Shown here one piece after another: positions 1 through 10,411 of a stretch of DNA of 35,913 bases. Source of the DNA: Octopus bimaculoides (lineage: Eukaryota). A model generated the notes under the pieces. The model searched no databases. It was not told the DNA's origin and worked only from the letters and a program-made list of their open reading frames with translations. The stretch covers positions 28,924,716-28,960,628 of the forward strand of contig NC_068988.1 of the NCBI RefSeq assembly GCF_001194135.2, written 5' to 3'. Numbering within the stretch: position 1 is the first letter of the stretch; the number at the start of each line of letters is the position of its first letter. A program made the translations under genes and the position numbers.

Positions 1-19
1 TTTTCCTTCCTTCCCCCTC

Positions 20-88
20 CCAAAAAGAAAAGCTCTACATTGTATTTGTCCCATCTTCGTTGAGCCCTGTGTGGCTAATAAAAGAAAT
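20..88 (+). mobile_element. 3' tail of a retroposon (possibly a LINE 3' UTR) related to SINE-A tail 1
   Basis: tttgtcccatcttcgttgagccctgtgtggctaataaaagaaat resembles the SINE-A tail ttgtcccctctatgtttagccccttgtgggcaataaagaaat. The upstream sequence is not SINE-like, and (TATC)/(ATAC)n follows. Confidence 0.45.
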
Positions 89-160
89 GTATCTATCTAT
101 CTATACATACATACATACATACATACATACATACATACATACATACACACATATACATAC
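89..160. repeat. (TATC)n/(ATAC)n microsatellite
   Basis: Direct reading. Confidence 0.95.
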
Positions 161-788
161 ATATTATTTTCGGTCTTCCGTTAGTTGTGGGATACAACAA
201 TGTGTATATGTATACAGCTGAATATGGAATATGGAATTTTTCTCCAAAGTGTAGCCTCACTCATCCGAAAAGAAAAAGATTATATGAAATATCTAAAAAA
301 AAAAAAATAGTGAAACTTTCATGATTTTATTAAAAGATTGAGATAATGTACATTTTCTATAATTACGGTAGACCAGGAAAGCTTTTAGATATGTTCGGAT
401 TGAGAACAGAAAAGAATACAGCGTCTAACAGACACAACTATTTCAAATAAGAACATTTAAATCTGCTAAAATATGGAACACTGGAAATACAACTTCTAAA
501 TCATTTTAGAAAGTAACTCAGTGTATTTACACATTTCTGATAAAATATGCATTTCATCCGAATAGATAAAACGCTTTGTGTGTCGAAAACGTAAAGTTAA
601 AGGAAAGAATGAATATCGGTAAGACTGTTCATTATTAGAAGTAACAATAAATAAATAAATAAAACTCGTTGATTTACGGGAAAAAAATACCGAAGACAAC
701 CGGAACTTGGGTAATATCAAAGCTGATAGAATGGATGTCGACAAGCTTCTTTGGCACATGCAGAATTGGTTAATTTTATTAGTTTTAT

Positions 789-1019
789 ATTTCTTTACTG
801 CCCACATGGGGCCACACACAGAGGGGACAAACAAGGACTGAAAAACGGATCAAGTCGATTATATCGACCCCAGTGCGTAACTTGTACTTATTTAATCGAC
901 CCCGAAAGGATGAGAAGCAAAGTGGACCTCGACGGAATTTGAACTCAGAGCGTAGCGGCAGACGAAATACCGCTAAGCATTTCGCCCGGCGTGCTAACGT
1001 TTCTGCCAGCTGGCCGCCC
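789..1019 (-). mobile_element. SINE-A (tRNA-derived head, Meta-like central domain), tail 1, near full length
   Basis: Reverse complement of the 21703-21935 copy: B-box gagttcaaattcc, central catcctttcggggtcga motif. Possible TSD taattttatt at 771-780 and 1020-1029. Confidence 0.9.
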
Positions 1020-1684
1020 TAATTTTATTTTCTTCAGTTCATGAGTAGGTAGATTACGATGTTATGAAATTTTTTTTATTGACGCATTTCCAGGTCCTGC
1101 TGATATCATGTGCAACAGCATTGTCTTTTGAGGAAGTTCTCTGTGGCGACATTTCGTGGGTGTGTCTTAGGAGAGAAAGTTCTAGTAAATCTAGCTTTAT
1201 AGAGACTATATTTGCGCCATGAGCAAGTGATGGAAATAAAGCTATCTCGACTGAAATAATTGCATTTATTCGGGAGAACTTAGAGAGCAGGTGAAAACTG
1301 TTTCCAGACTCGATACCATTTCGCATAGTCTTGGCAAAGTGCTTTATTATAACCGTTTCTTTGCTGATCTAAATCAGTGAGTAAAAATGGATTAACATAG
1401 AGTGCCGAAGCCCGTCAGATTTTGCATGAGAATTACACCAAAATTACAAGTATAAAAGTTACAAGTGTGGAATAATTAGCAGGGGCTGCCTGTTGGAGCC
1501 TAGCAGCAGGTATTTAAAGGGAAATTTGACAAGACTGTCAGTTGGCCGCTGACACTCGTTGATGCTGCATCGAAGAGGCCAGGGAACAGAAGAAAGAAGA
1601 CATGCACTCAACACCAGAGCTGGAGACACCTCCGAAAGTGTGTGAGTGTGTGTGTGTGTGTGGGGGGGGGCTGCAACGTCAAAA

Positions 1685-1736
1685 CGGTAGAGGAGTAGGG
1701 GCCGAAACCGGACGTGGTTCCTCCTGATGATGTCTT
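1685..1736 (+). ncRNA. Putative non-circularly permuted hammerhead ribozyme (strand order A-C-B)
   Basis: cggUA 1685-1689 pairs with GAAAccg 1704-1710 (stem III, 4 bp). gagga 1690-1694 pairs with uccuc 1719-1723 (stem I), which is immediately followed by CUGAUGA 1724-1730. Stem II is imperfect. Confidence 0.5.
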
Positions 1737-2148
1737 GAGCTAACTGGATCCTATAAAGGAGCTGTTCTGATAGCAGACCACGAAACATGGTTGAAATTCC
1801 TTCCTTAGAAGTATATAAGGTCCGTTGGCTAAACGTCTGAAGTGGTCACCACAAAACCAACGGAGATTCACTGAGAAGAAAGAACAAGTAGAAAGAACGA
1901 AATTTTAGGAAAAACCTTTATCGTCAAGGTAAATGATTTTGGTGAAATAACATTCAAAATATATTTGTTTTTGCAACATTAATAAAACATTGAATTTTAT
2001 GACTCATAAATTCAATAGCAATTTGAATTTAAATCATAAAAGATTTTAAAACGACAAACAAAACATTTATTTTGAGCTTATAATGAATTACTTCGTTTCT
2101 GTTACAAAAGCTCTTTTAGGCTTCTCTACCATTTATCATGTGGAGATC

Positions 2149-2316
2149 TACATACATACATACATACATATATACATACATACATACATACATACGTACA
2201 TACATACATACGTACGTACGTACATACATACATACATACATGCATACATACATGTGCACATATATAATCGTTTATTATTATATATATTATATATTACATA
2301 CATATGCTTATATATA

Positions 2317-2362
<46 letters not shown>
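2149..2362. repeat. Compound (ATAC)n, TA-rich and (GT)n microsatellites
   Basis: Direct reading. Confidence 0.95.
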
Positions 2363-2366
<4 letters not shown>

Positions 2367-2615
2367 CCTGTGTTTGTATAGTAAAATATATGTTTGTGCG
2401 CAAATGCATTCACATATATGTAGATGGATACATGTTGAGACACTTTAGGATATAAAAATATATTTAGAAAAGTGCACGCGTAAATACAGGAATAAGTGGA
2501 AAAAAATCAACGGAAACCCATAAAGATCAGGCAATAAGATTTAATATAAGGGCATTTTAGAAACGGCGAATAAATATGTTGTGTAAAAAATACATACATG
2601 TATATATATATATAT

Positions 2616-2848
2616 CTCGGGGAGATTCAGCGTGACAAGGCTGGCCCTTTGAAATACAGGTACAAGGGAAACAGGAAGAAAGATTGAGAAAAAGTTGTGG
2701 TGAAAGAGTACAGCAGGGTTCGCCACCATCCCCTGCCAGAGCCTCGTGGAGCTTTTAGGTGTTTTCGCTCAATAAACACTCACAACACCCGGTCTGGGAA
2801 TCGAAACTGCAATCCTACGGCCGCAAGTGGAAGCCATTGCGCCTCCAC
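2616..2848 (-). mobile_element. SINE-B, 5' part, A-box region deleted
   Basis: Reverse complement of roughly 23509-23765. It keeps the B-box gtttcgattccc and ends at a (TA)n run. Confidence 0.9.
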
Positions 2849-3169
2849 TACACGCATACATACAGTAGGCGTATATGTACTTAAACGCATCTGTGAAGAG
2901 ACAGAAAGGATATAAAGCGACAACAAAAAGAATAAAGGAAATATGTGAATGTACAATGAAATGTAATACAAAGGAATTAGCGGGAAACATTGTGACGGAA
3001 TCACACTCATTCGAAGGTACATAGGCTTGCCTGCATACGGCGAACGATAACTACATTGCATACAAATTGGTGTACATGTGATGTTAAAAGGTCAGGTTAC
3101 AATTAATGTGGAAATATCGAGCCAGAGGAGACGTAGGAGGATTAAAGAGAAAGGCGTCCGAGTGAAAAA

Positions 3170-4205
3170 TTAGCTTTCGTACTTTAAGAATGAGTTAGAT
3201 AATTTGTATTTGCAGTTAATGATAAGGTTGCTACTTTCGTTTACGCAATCGCTGCACTGCATAATGGTTATGCAGAGATCGCTTTCGTTGTTATACCCGC
3301 TACACTGTTTGGCATGCCAACAATGGGGCATTTTATATCGTACTCTACAGAGTGTCGTATTAAGTTATGTATGACCTTAGATAAAGAAGTACACTCATTT
3401 CTAAAGCTAATGTAGTGATTACTCAGTCTCGCCTTGAAGGTAATACTGCACGCACCGACATATACAAAATCTAAATTCTCTGGAGACTGTGGATTTATAC
3501 ACGATATTCCTAGCGAGGCATTTATTATCTAAAGGACAGGAGGCAGGGTGTCTACCGCTGCATAATTGCCTCGGGGGTGCTATACAGAAAGTTGTGGGCT
3601 TACATGTACCTGACGTCAACCGGGTATCACAGAGATCATATGCTTCAACGCTATGATGTGCATTGATTGTAGTGGTGGATCCGGTGGATGCAATTACAGT
3701 AGCTGTCATATCCAAGGAGTTACCCCAGAGAACTTGGGATGAGAAGTGTACGCTGGCGTGTATGTATATGGGTAACAGCAGAGTTTGGAGTCCAAATTCC
3801 TGAGTTGGAGGAGTGCCTATTGGGTTTCTAACGGTAGTTTAGTTTAGGGGAATAAGGGAAAGATTTACTACGGGGTGAAATATCTGAGAAACCTTGAAAG
3901 CTTTATCTAAGTTGACAGAGATATCCGCAGTGCAGGGTTCAGGAGAAGAAGGTTCGTTTCACATAGGGATATGCCTAATTGAGTTCTTACAGCCAGCTTG
4001 GTTTATAGCACTATTATAATATTCGGCATTTTGCTCGGATATTTCTGTATTAGCGGATAGAGAAGTCCTATAAGACGCTGACAACGATTGATTTAAAGAC
4101 AGAGTTGGGGTGATTGGATAAAAAGTAACCATAATTGAGGTTTACACTCGGTTTGTGGTAAGGATAGGTGTCGTTTTGTTGATCTAGATGTCGATTTGGT
4201 GTATA
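3170..4205 (-). mobile_element. Decayed Penelope-like element: RT C-terminus plus GIY-YIG endonuclease, cut by the assembly gap
   Basis: Frameshifted translations give TYPYHKPSVNLNYGYFLSNHPNSVFKSI, LSANTEISEQNAEYYNSAINQAG, CPLDNKCLARNIVYKSTV and YVGACSITFKARLSNHYISFRN. These match Penelope RT and GIY-YIG motifs. Confidence 0.85.
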
Positions 4206-4210
4206 TATAT

Positions 4211-5130
4211 NNNNNNNNNNNNNNNNNNNNNNNNNNNNNNNNNNNNNNNNNNNNNNNNNNNNNNNNNNNNNNNNNNNNNNNNNNNNNNNNNNNNNNNNNN
4301 NNNNNNNNNNNNNNNNNNNNNNNNNNNNNNNNNNNNNNNNNNNNNNNNNNNNNNNNNNNNNNNNNNNNNNNNNNNNNNNNNNNNNNNNNNNNNNNNNNNN
4401 NNNNNNNNNNNNNNNNNNNNNNNNNNNNNNNNNNNNNNNNNNNNNNNNNNNNNNNNNNNNNNNNNNNNNNNNNNNNNNNNNNNNNNNNNNNNNNNNNNNN
4501 NNNNNNNNNNNNNNNNNNNNNNNNNNNNNNNNNNNNNNNNNNNNNNNNNNNNNNNNNNNNNNNNNNNNNNNNNNNNNNNNNNNNNNNNNNNNNNNNNNNN
4601 NNNNNNNNNNNNNNNNNNNNNNNNNNNNNNNNNNNNNNNNNNNNNNNNNNNNNNNNNNNNNNNNNNNNNNNNNNNNNNNNNNNNNNNNNNNNNNNNNNNN
4701 NNNNNNNNNNNNNNNNNNNNNNNNNNNNNNNNNNNNNNNNNNNNNNNNNNNNNNNNNNNNNNNNNNNNNNNNNNNNNNNNNNNNNNNNNNNNNNNNNNNN
4801 NNNNNNNNNNNNNNNNNNNNNNNNNNNNNNNNNNNNNNNNNNNNNNNNNNNNNNNNNNNNNNNNNNNNNNNNNNNNNNNNNNNNNNNNNNNNNNNNNNNN
4901 NNNNNNNNNNNNNNNNNNNNNNNNNNNNNNNNNNNNNNNNNNNNNNNNNNNNNNNNNNNNNNNNNNNNNNNNNNNNNNNNNNNNNNNNNNNNNNNNNNNN
5001 NNNNNNNNNNNNNNNNNNNNNNNNNNNNNNNNNNNNNNNNNNNNNNNNNNNNNNNNNNNNNNNNNNNNNNNNNNNNNNNNNNNNNNNNNNNNNNNNNNNN
5101 NNNNNNNNNNNNNNNNNNNNNNNNNNNNNN
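4211..5130. other. Assembly gap (N). Other gaps: 11224-11932, 22120-22283, 26009-26024, 26756-26855, 31700-32070, 32529-32538, 34019-34366
   Basis: Runs of N, most flanked by microsatellites. Confidence 1.
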
Positions 5131-5447
5131 ACACACACACACACACACATACATACACACACACACAAATATATATAGATTGTTGGTGTGTTCTTTGAAG
5201 TATGATCCGGAATTAGTATGAAGAAGTTTGATTTATCGCTTTCTATTCATGATATCTCCAAAAGTTTCGATTCCGAAGTTAAATTGCAATCAGTGTTATC
5301 AACGATGATGTTCATGACATCCTGACTCATGTCATGACTGGAGAAAACTTCCAGACGAAAATAAAACGCAACGCTAAGGCAGATGCTTGTAATCTTGGTT
5401 TCTGAGACAAACTTCTCTGTTGTTGCTCGTTCTGATAGGAATAACTG

Positions 5448-5822
5448 TCAACTCTCCCTAAACGAAAGCATATAGGACTGAATATCATAGACAAGAGGAA
5501 AACAAGATGATGTTAGTGAGTTCCAGGAAACAGTAGTTCGAGGAAAGAAGCTATTAGAAGTCGGCGAGCTGGTAGAATCGTTAGCACGCCGGACGAAATG
5601 CTTAGCGGTATTTTGTCTGCCGTTACGTTCTGAGTTCAAATTCTACCGAGGTGGGCTTTGCCTTTGCCTTTCATCCTTTCGGGGTCGATAAATTAAGTAC
5701 CAGTTACGCACTGGGGTCGATGTAATCGACTTAATCACTTTGCCTGTCCTTGTTTGTCCCCTCTATGTTTAGCCCCTTGTGGGCAATAAAGAAATAAGAA
5801 GCTATTAGAATACGTAAAGTAC
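5448..5822 (-). mobile_element. CR1/Jockey-group LINE ORF2 C-terminal relic interrupted by a SINE-A
   Basis: Removing the SINE and one TSD copy gives YFTYSNSFFPRTTVSWNSLTSSCFPLVYDIQSY, matching the SFFPRTxxxWNSLP...YD terminal motif. Confidence 0.7.
5560..5795 (+). mobile_element. SINE-A, tail 1, full length with a perfect 15-bp TSD
   Basis: aagaagctattagaa at 5545-5559 and 5796-5810. A-box, B-box and Meta-like domain are present. Confidence 0.95.
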
Positions 5823-6078
5823 AAAAAAAAAAAAAACTGCTTCAACAATGTTTTTTTCCAAAATGCTTAAAGCCAAAGTTTATTATAACTCACAGCTTTG
5901 GTGGCACCAAGTTACCAAATATGATGATGCACAAAAAACAACAAAAAAACAATATGTTCATATCTGCACACGTTTTCTTTTTCTTTCAAGACTGATGCCA
6001 AAATTCACGCACGCTATTTAGAAACTGCCAGCATTCATCCATCATTATCTAAGGACAACATTCTGGAAGCTGCTGTTT

Positions 6079-6161
6079 GAGTCGATGTAAACGACTTAAT
6101 CCATTTGTTTGTCCTTGTTTGTCCCCTCTATGTTTAGCCCCTTGTGGGCAATAAAGAAATA
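6079..6161 (+). mobile_element. SINE-A tail 1 only (5'-truncated)
   Basis: Near-identical to 5715-5796. Confidence 0.85.
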
Positions 6162-6444
6162 AGGAATCTATAACTAATTGAGGTAAAAAAAATTTAGAGA
6201 ACTATAACACTAATGGATATATGATTGACTTTTAGATTTGGATTCTTATGAGACTTTTTATTGACAGAAGTGTTTGCACCGCAACCACGTGCCTGTCGAT
6301 CTTGTCATTTCCACAGCAAACTATAATCCTGCATACTGAATATCGAAGAGTAGAGATAAGATCTCGATCATCTTGATTTGTCGCTAATAACCATTACTTG
6401 TAATATTCTAATTTACTTAGGTCTCTAATATTCATAGATATCAC

Positions 6445-6622
6445 TGCGTGGTTAAGAAACTCGCTTTGCAATGACATGGTTTTCGGTCCAGCCCCACTGT
6501 GCGGTACCTTAGGCAAATATTTTCTATTGTAGCTTCGGGTCGACTAATAACTTGTGAATGAATTCGCTAGGTGGAAACTGCGAAAGTCCGTCATGTATGT
6601 GTTTGCATGTGTGTGTGTGTGT
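6445..6622 (+). mobile_element. SINE-C 5' part (tRNA head plus CORE-like segment), diverged
   Basis: Similar to 10065-10222. ccttaggcaaat resembles the CORE ccttgggcaagt. Ends in (GT)n. Confidence 0.7.
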
Positions 6623-6855
6623 ATCGTATCATACAGACAAGAAAGTAATATTTTGAACGCAGTATAGCCATGAAAACAGCAGAAACATTGGATATTTTGG
6701 GCATTTTACCCTTATGTTACGGAAAAAGTACTCAATCTTTCTGCTGTTTTTTACGGTTATACTGCATTCAAAATATTACTTTCTTGCCTGTATGATACGA
6801 TACACATTCGATGCTTTCAAAAGCAAAAAAAAAAGTTTGTTTACATATGTTGTTG

Positions 6856-6857
<2 letters not shown>

Positions 6858-6906
<49 letters not shown>
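6858..6906. repeat. (TA)n(CA)n microsatellite
   Basis: Direct reading. Confidence 0.95.
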
Positions 6907-6954
6907 GTATGCATATATGGCACAAAAGTTTTAAAAAAAACGATGGAAAAAAGC

Positions 6955-7140
6955 AAACAAACACCGTGTATTAGGTTGACTCTCAGGAAACTTGGAAGAA
7001 GTTGTTGGCGTTCTGAGAGTACTCTCTTCTGCGGAAAGGGTAGAGAAGGAGGGAAAAAATTGAAAGGAAAGGATATACGTGTCTCAGACTTGAAGGGGAA
7101 GTTGGCTTGAGGTGTGAATGGCAATGGGGGCAACTGTTAC
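6955..7140 (-). mobile_element. Probable Penelope-like terminal (pseudo-LTR) remnant with a degenerate minimal hammerhead
   Basis: The minus strand reads cAGAAGA-gagtactc-AGAAC, i.e. CUGAAGA-stem II-GAAAC with substitutions. The palindrome gagagtactctc lies at 7015-7026. Confidence 0.4.
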
Positions 7141-7294
7141 CTGGCATATCTGTGTGTGAGAGGAAGCGTGTGTGCTTGTGTATGAAGCTAATGTGTGCAC
7201 GTGTATATGGGTACATGGGCGCGTGTTCATGAGTGCAAACAAGTACATGTGCTTATGAAACAATGTGTACGTATATACAATGCTGGAAACCCTT

Positions 7295-7352
7295 CGTATC
7301 GTCAGCAAGTATCTCAAGGTCACAAGCGTTTCGCCCCTTAACCTATACGCTT
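7295..7352 (-). ncRNA. Putative non-circularly permuted hammerhead ribozyme (A-C-B) in a LINE 3' UTR
   Basis: aagcgUA pairs with GAAAcgcuu (6-bp stem III). uaggu pairs with acuug (5 bp, two G-U), directly before CUGACGA (7305-7299). Stem II is degenerate. Confidence 0.5.
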
Positions 7353-7378
7353 CACCTTTTTGGACTGCGAGGACTAGG

Positions 7379-7520
7379 CTAGTCTTCTCTCATGGAAGAC
7401 CACAAATATCTTGAGCTAGTTTCAATTGCCGTGACTATTTCTTTCATGGCTTTCTTCACTTGTCTGTGTTCCAGCCCTATCTTCTGCAGGAAATAGTACA
7501 GAAGAGAAATGCATGAATGT
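7379..7520 (-). mobile_element. C-terminus of a restriction-like-endonuclease non-LTR retrotransposon (HERO/NeSL-like), 5'-truncated
   Basis: LYYFLQKIGLEHRQVKKAMKEIVTAIETSSRYLWSSMRED* resembles the LG...R.KAIKE...AAE.ASRWLW end of these ORFs. Confidence 0.6.
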
Positions 7521-9238
7521 AACAAATCATATTCAGATAAATCGATGATATTGATTTCTAACGCAGATACGAGACCAAACATTTACAGAGGAGGGTATAT
7601 TTGATTATATCAACCTCCAGTACATCATTGTTACTTACTGTACCGACCCAGGAAGAATAAAGTCAAATTGCTACAGAAATTAATAGTTATTAACTCATTA
7701 ATATTAGTTCAGAGGATAGGAATTTAGAATCTGCGTGAGACGTGAAATAATTCATGTATAACAGTAGAACTCGAAGTTGATAAGGATATAAATAATAGCA
7801 TATAAATATTGTGCTTAAAGTCTTCTTGGATAGAAAAAATTGAAGGCTAACCAATGGTAGAATGTCTGTCATGTTTATCGATGTGAGTCTCACGGACAAC
7901 CTTCGACTATTTCTATTCAATAGGTTTTCTTAACACTAAATTTATATGTTAGCATTTATAGCTTTATTTGATTCAAGTTCTACAATTAAGCGTAAATATA
8001 AGAATGTTTTGGCCAGGCACATACATTCTACTGCAGGAGAATGGAGGCTTAGGGTTGTAATGTCCAGCCCTATACAAAGAATTTTGAATGAGAATGTAAA
8101 GTGAAGATGAATAAATTCTATTGAAAATTGAACCTTCGTTGTGTTCACAGATCTTTACATCACCTACTGCTTAGCTATTTTCTGGTTGTTAAGATATAGT
8201 TACGGTTATCAAATGACACTTTAAGACTGTAAATAGTATTGCACTGTCCGATTGCATTATGCAGGAAGTAAGAGAAAAATATAAGACAAGATGGGTAGAA
8301 CTTGTTTTAATTGATTTTCCGTTTCTGTTCTGAGTATACAGTAGCAGCATTCATTTATATTACTACATATTTATTGTCCAATTTATAAGTTAGGTATAAA
8401 GGACTGAATAAAGTATCTTGTTCAGTTATACGCAACAACACCTGCGCCTTATATCTTAATATTAAGATTTCTTTCAGTTGCACGTTCAATAATTTGTATT
8501 TTATTGAAAAGAGAATACGGCTGACTGAGCTTTCACTAGTCAACGAGAGAAAATATGCCATTTATGTAACAAGGAAATGAAACAGAGAAACAGGGGGGAA
8601 ATGAACATAAGCTGAGAGGATGGTATATGTTGAAAATTGTATTCATCTGTTTCGACTGGGATTTCTGACAATAAGAGCAAAATATTTAATAATCTTGATA
8701 ACAAACTGTCTGAAACCGCCCGTGGTCTTTTGATAGAAACTACTTGTTATAAGGTGGTCGTTTTGAAATTAAAATGTGCCATTATGATTTTATGCAAGAA
8801 GCTATTATTACGTTCCAAATAACCGGTTTCATATCCGAGTTTATGAGCAAATATATATTTTACTAAATCTTTCTACGTTATTCATTATTTTTCATAATGA
8901 TATGTAAAGTAGATTAAAATTTCGTTTGAAGTATGATCACAACTGGGTTAACTTAGGAAGAAGTAAAACATTAACAACGAAAACAGAAGGTAGTGATGAA
9001 TGAAAGAGAGAGAGAATGCTGAAAACAAGCACCCATTCTTGTAGAACTAACAATTTCTTAATTGATCGGAATAGTGTGGTCCAGTATAGGCTGTGACAAC
9101 AATCATAGTGACTTCTCAGTTTGACACAGGGATGCAAATTCTTACGATGAATATAATCGATAAATATTTAACTGATATACATTTTAACAACAATGGGTGA
9201 CTATGTTGATTCTGTCAGGGTTAGCTTAGGACATACGG

Positions 9239-9306
9239 GCATGTAGCAAAGTGACGCAAAGCACATTGAGCGTCGCTTTTTCATATCCGTCACATAACTC
9301 TCTAAC

Positions 9307-9356
<50 letters not shown>

Positions 9357-9376
9357 GCAGCAGCAGCAACAACAGC

Positions 9377-9420
<44 letters not shown>

Positions 9421-9491
9421 CCATGATGATAATAATAATCATCCTTTCTATTATAGACGCTCAATGTGCTTTGCGTTACTTTGCTACATGC
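9239..9491. repeat. 36-bp inverted repeats (9239-9274, 9456-9491) enclosing a (CAA)n/(CAG)n tract
   Basis: 35/36 identity when read as reverse complement. Confidence 0.9.
9308..9422. repeat. (CAA)n microsatellite with CAG interruptions
   Basis: Direct reading. Confidence 0.95.
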
Positions 9492-9494
9492 TCT

Positions 9495-9544
9495 ATTTGA
9501 ACTCAGAACGCAGCGGCAGACGAAATACTGCTAAGCATTTCGCC
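9495..9544 (-). mobile_element. SINE-A head fragment
   Basis: tttgaactcagaacgcagcggcagacgaaatactgctaagcatttcgcc matches the SINE-A head. Confidence 0.8.
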
Positions 9545-9579
9545 GCCATAATAATGATAATAAAAATAAAGATAGAACA

Positions 9580-9976
9580 GAGACCTGGAAGGATAAATTA
9601 AGGCATAAAATCTCCTACGCAGCGATGCGAGTAAAATAGCTGTGTGTCAAAAAAACAAAAAAAACAAACAAAAAAAACAAACAAAAACTAACGAAAATAT
9701 ATACCGTAAGGTGACTAGATAGAAGATAACTAGAAAAGAAGCACAACTTCAAAGATTCGCATGTTTGAAAGAAGAAATATCACTCTTAAACAATAGATTT
9801 AGAAAGTATAGCATTCACGAGTAATTTTGTTCCACGTTTTTGAAAGTAATTTGTAGAAGTTTTTATAGGAAGATACAAGTAGGAGAATAGAAGTTGATTA
9901 AATATCTACCATAGAAACATTAAAAACATTTTGGAAACTCATTTTTGAAAACGAAGCCATATGTAACAAAAGATAA
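9580..9976 (+). mobile_element. Decayed R4/Dong-like non-LTR retrotransposon fragment (region before the RT)
   Basis: Frameshifted peptides WKDKLRHKI, LRSDASKI, LKEEISLLNNRFRKY, FESNL*KFYRKI and IETLKTFWKLIFENE occur in the order typical of R4-clade ORFs. Confidence 0.5.
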
Positions 9977-10064
9977 TATATAACAATAACAGAAACTGAA
10001 AATCGTATTTGAGGTTTGCTTTAGTCAGCTTTAGAAACTGAAAAAAATTCTGGCTTTCACACTA

Positions 10065-10222
10065 AGCGTGGGTGTGTGGTAAGAAGTTTGCTTCTCAAGC
10101 ACATAATTCCAGGTTCAATCCCACTGCGTGGCACCTTGGGCATATGTCTTCTACTATAATCTCGGTTCGACCAAAGCATTGTGAGTAGATTTGGTCGACA
10201 GGAGCTGAAAGAAGCCCGTCGT
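10065..10222 (+). mobile_element. SINE-C 5' part (tRNA head plus CORE-like segment)
   Basis: gtgtggtaag A-box, caggttcaatccc B-box, then gcaccttgggcatatgtcttctac. Confidence 0.8.
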
Positions 10223-10358
10223 TAAAATATTTAAGAAAATTATATTAATGTGTCTTACTTGTTAAAATTCCATTTATTTATTTGTGCAACTGAAGATGGC
10301 AACTACAACAAAATTAGTAATAGGCAAATATATATATATATGCTAAATTAGTTGAGCA

Positions 10359-10410
<52 letters not shown>
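10359..10410. repeat. (CTA)n microsatellite
   Basis: Direct reading. Confidence 0.95.

Positions 10411-10411
<1 letters not shown>

Noticed and set aside
1054-1326. 90-aa ORF with VSIKLDL, loosely like an RT motif; possible decayed LINE upstream of the 1685 motif
   Set aside because: No second motif in register on either strand, so the parent element of copy 1 remains unidentified.
1724-1790. Canonical reading CUGAUGA...GAAAC (1724-1730 with 1782-1786)
   Set aside because: No closing stem II or stem III pairing in this register. The upstream GAAAC gives the consistent fold.
4068-5221. Long ORFs across N runs (also 11137-12027, 21974-22365, 31633-32165, 33874-34405)
   Set aside because: They are open only because N gaps contain no stops.
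9201-9601. Poly-C, poly-L and poly-N ORFs
   Set aside because: Translations of the (CAA)n microsatellite, with no splice or homology support.
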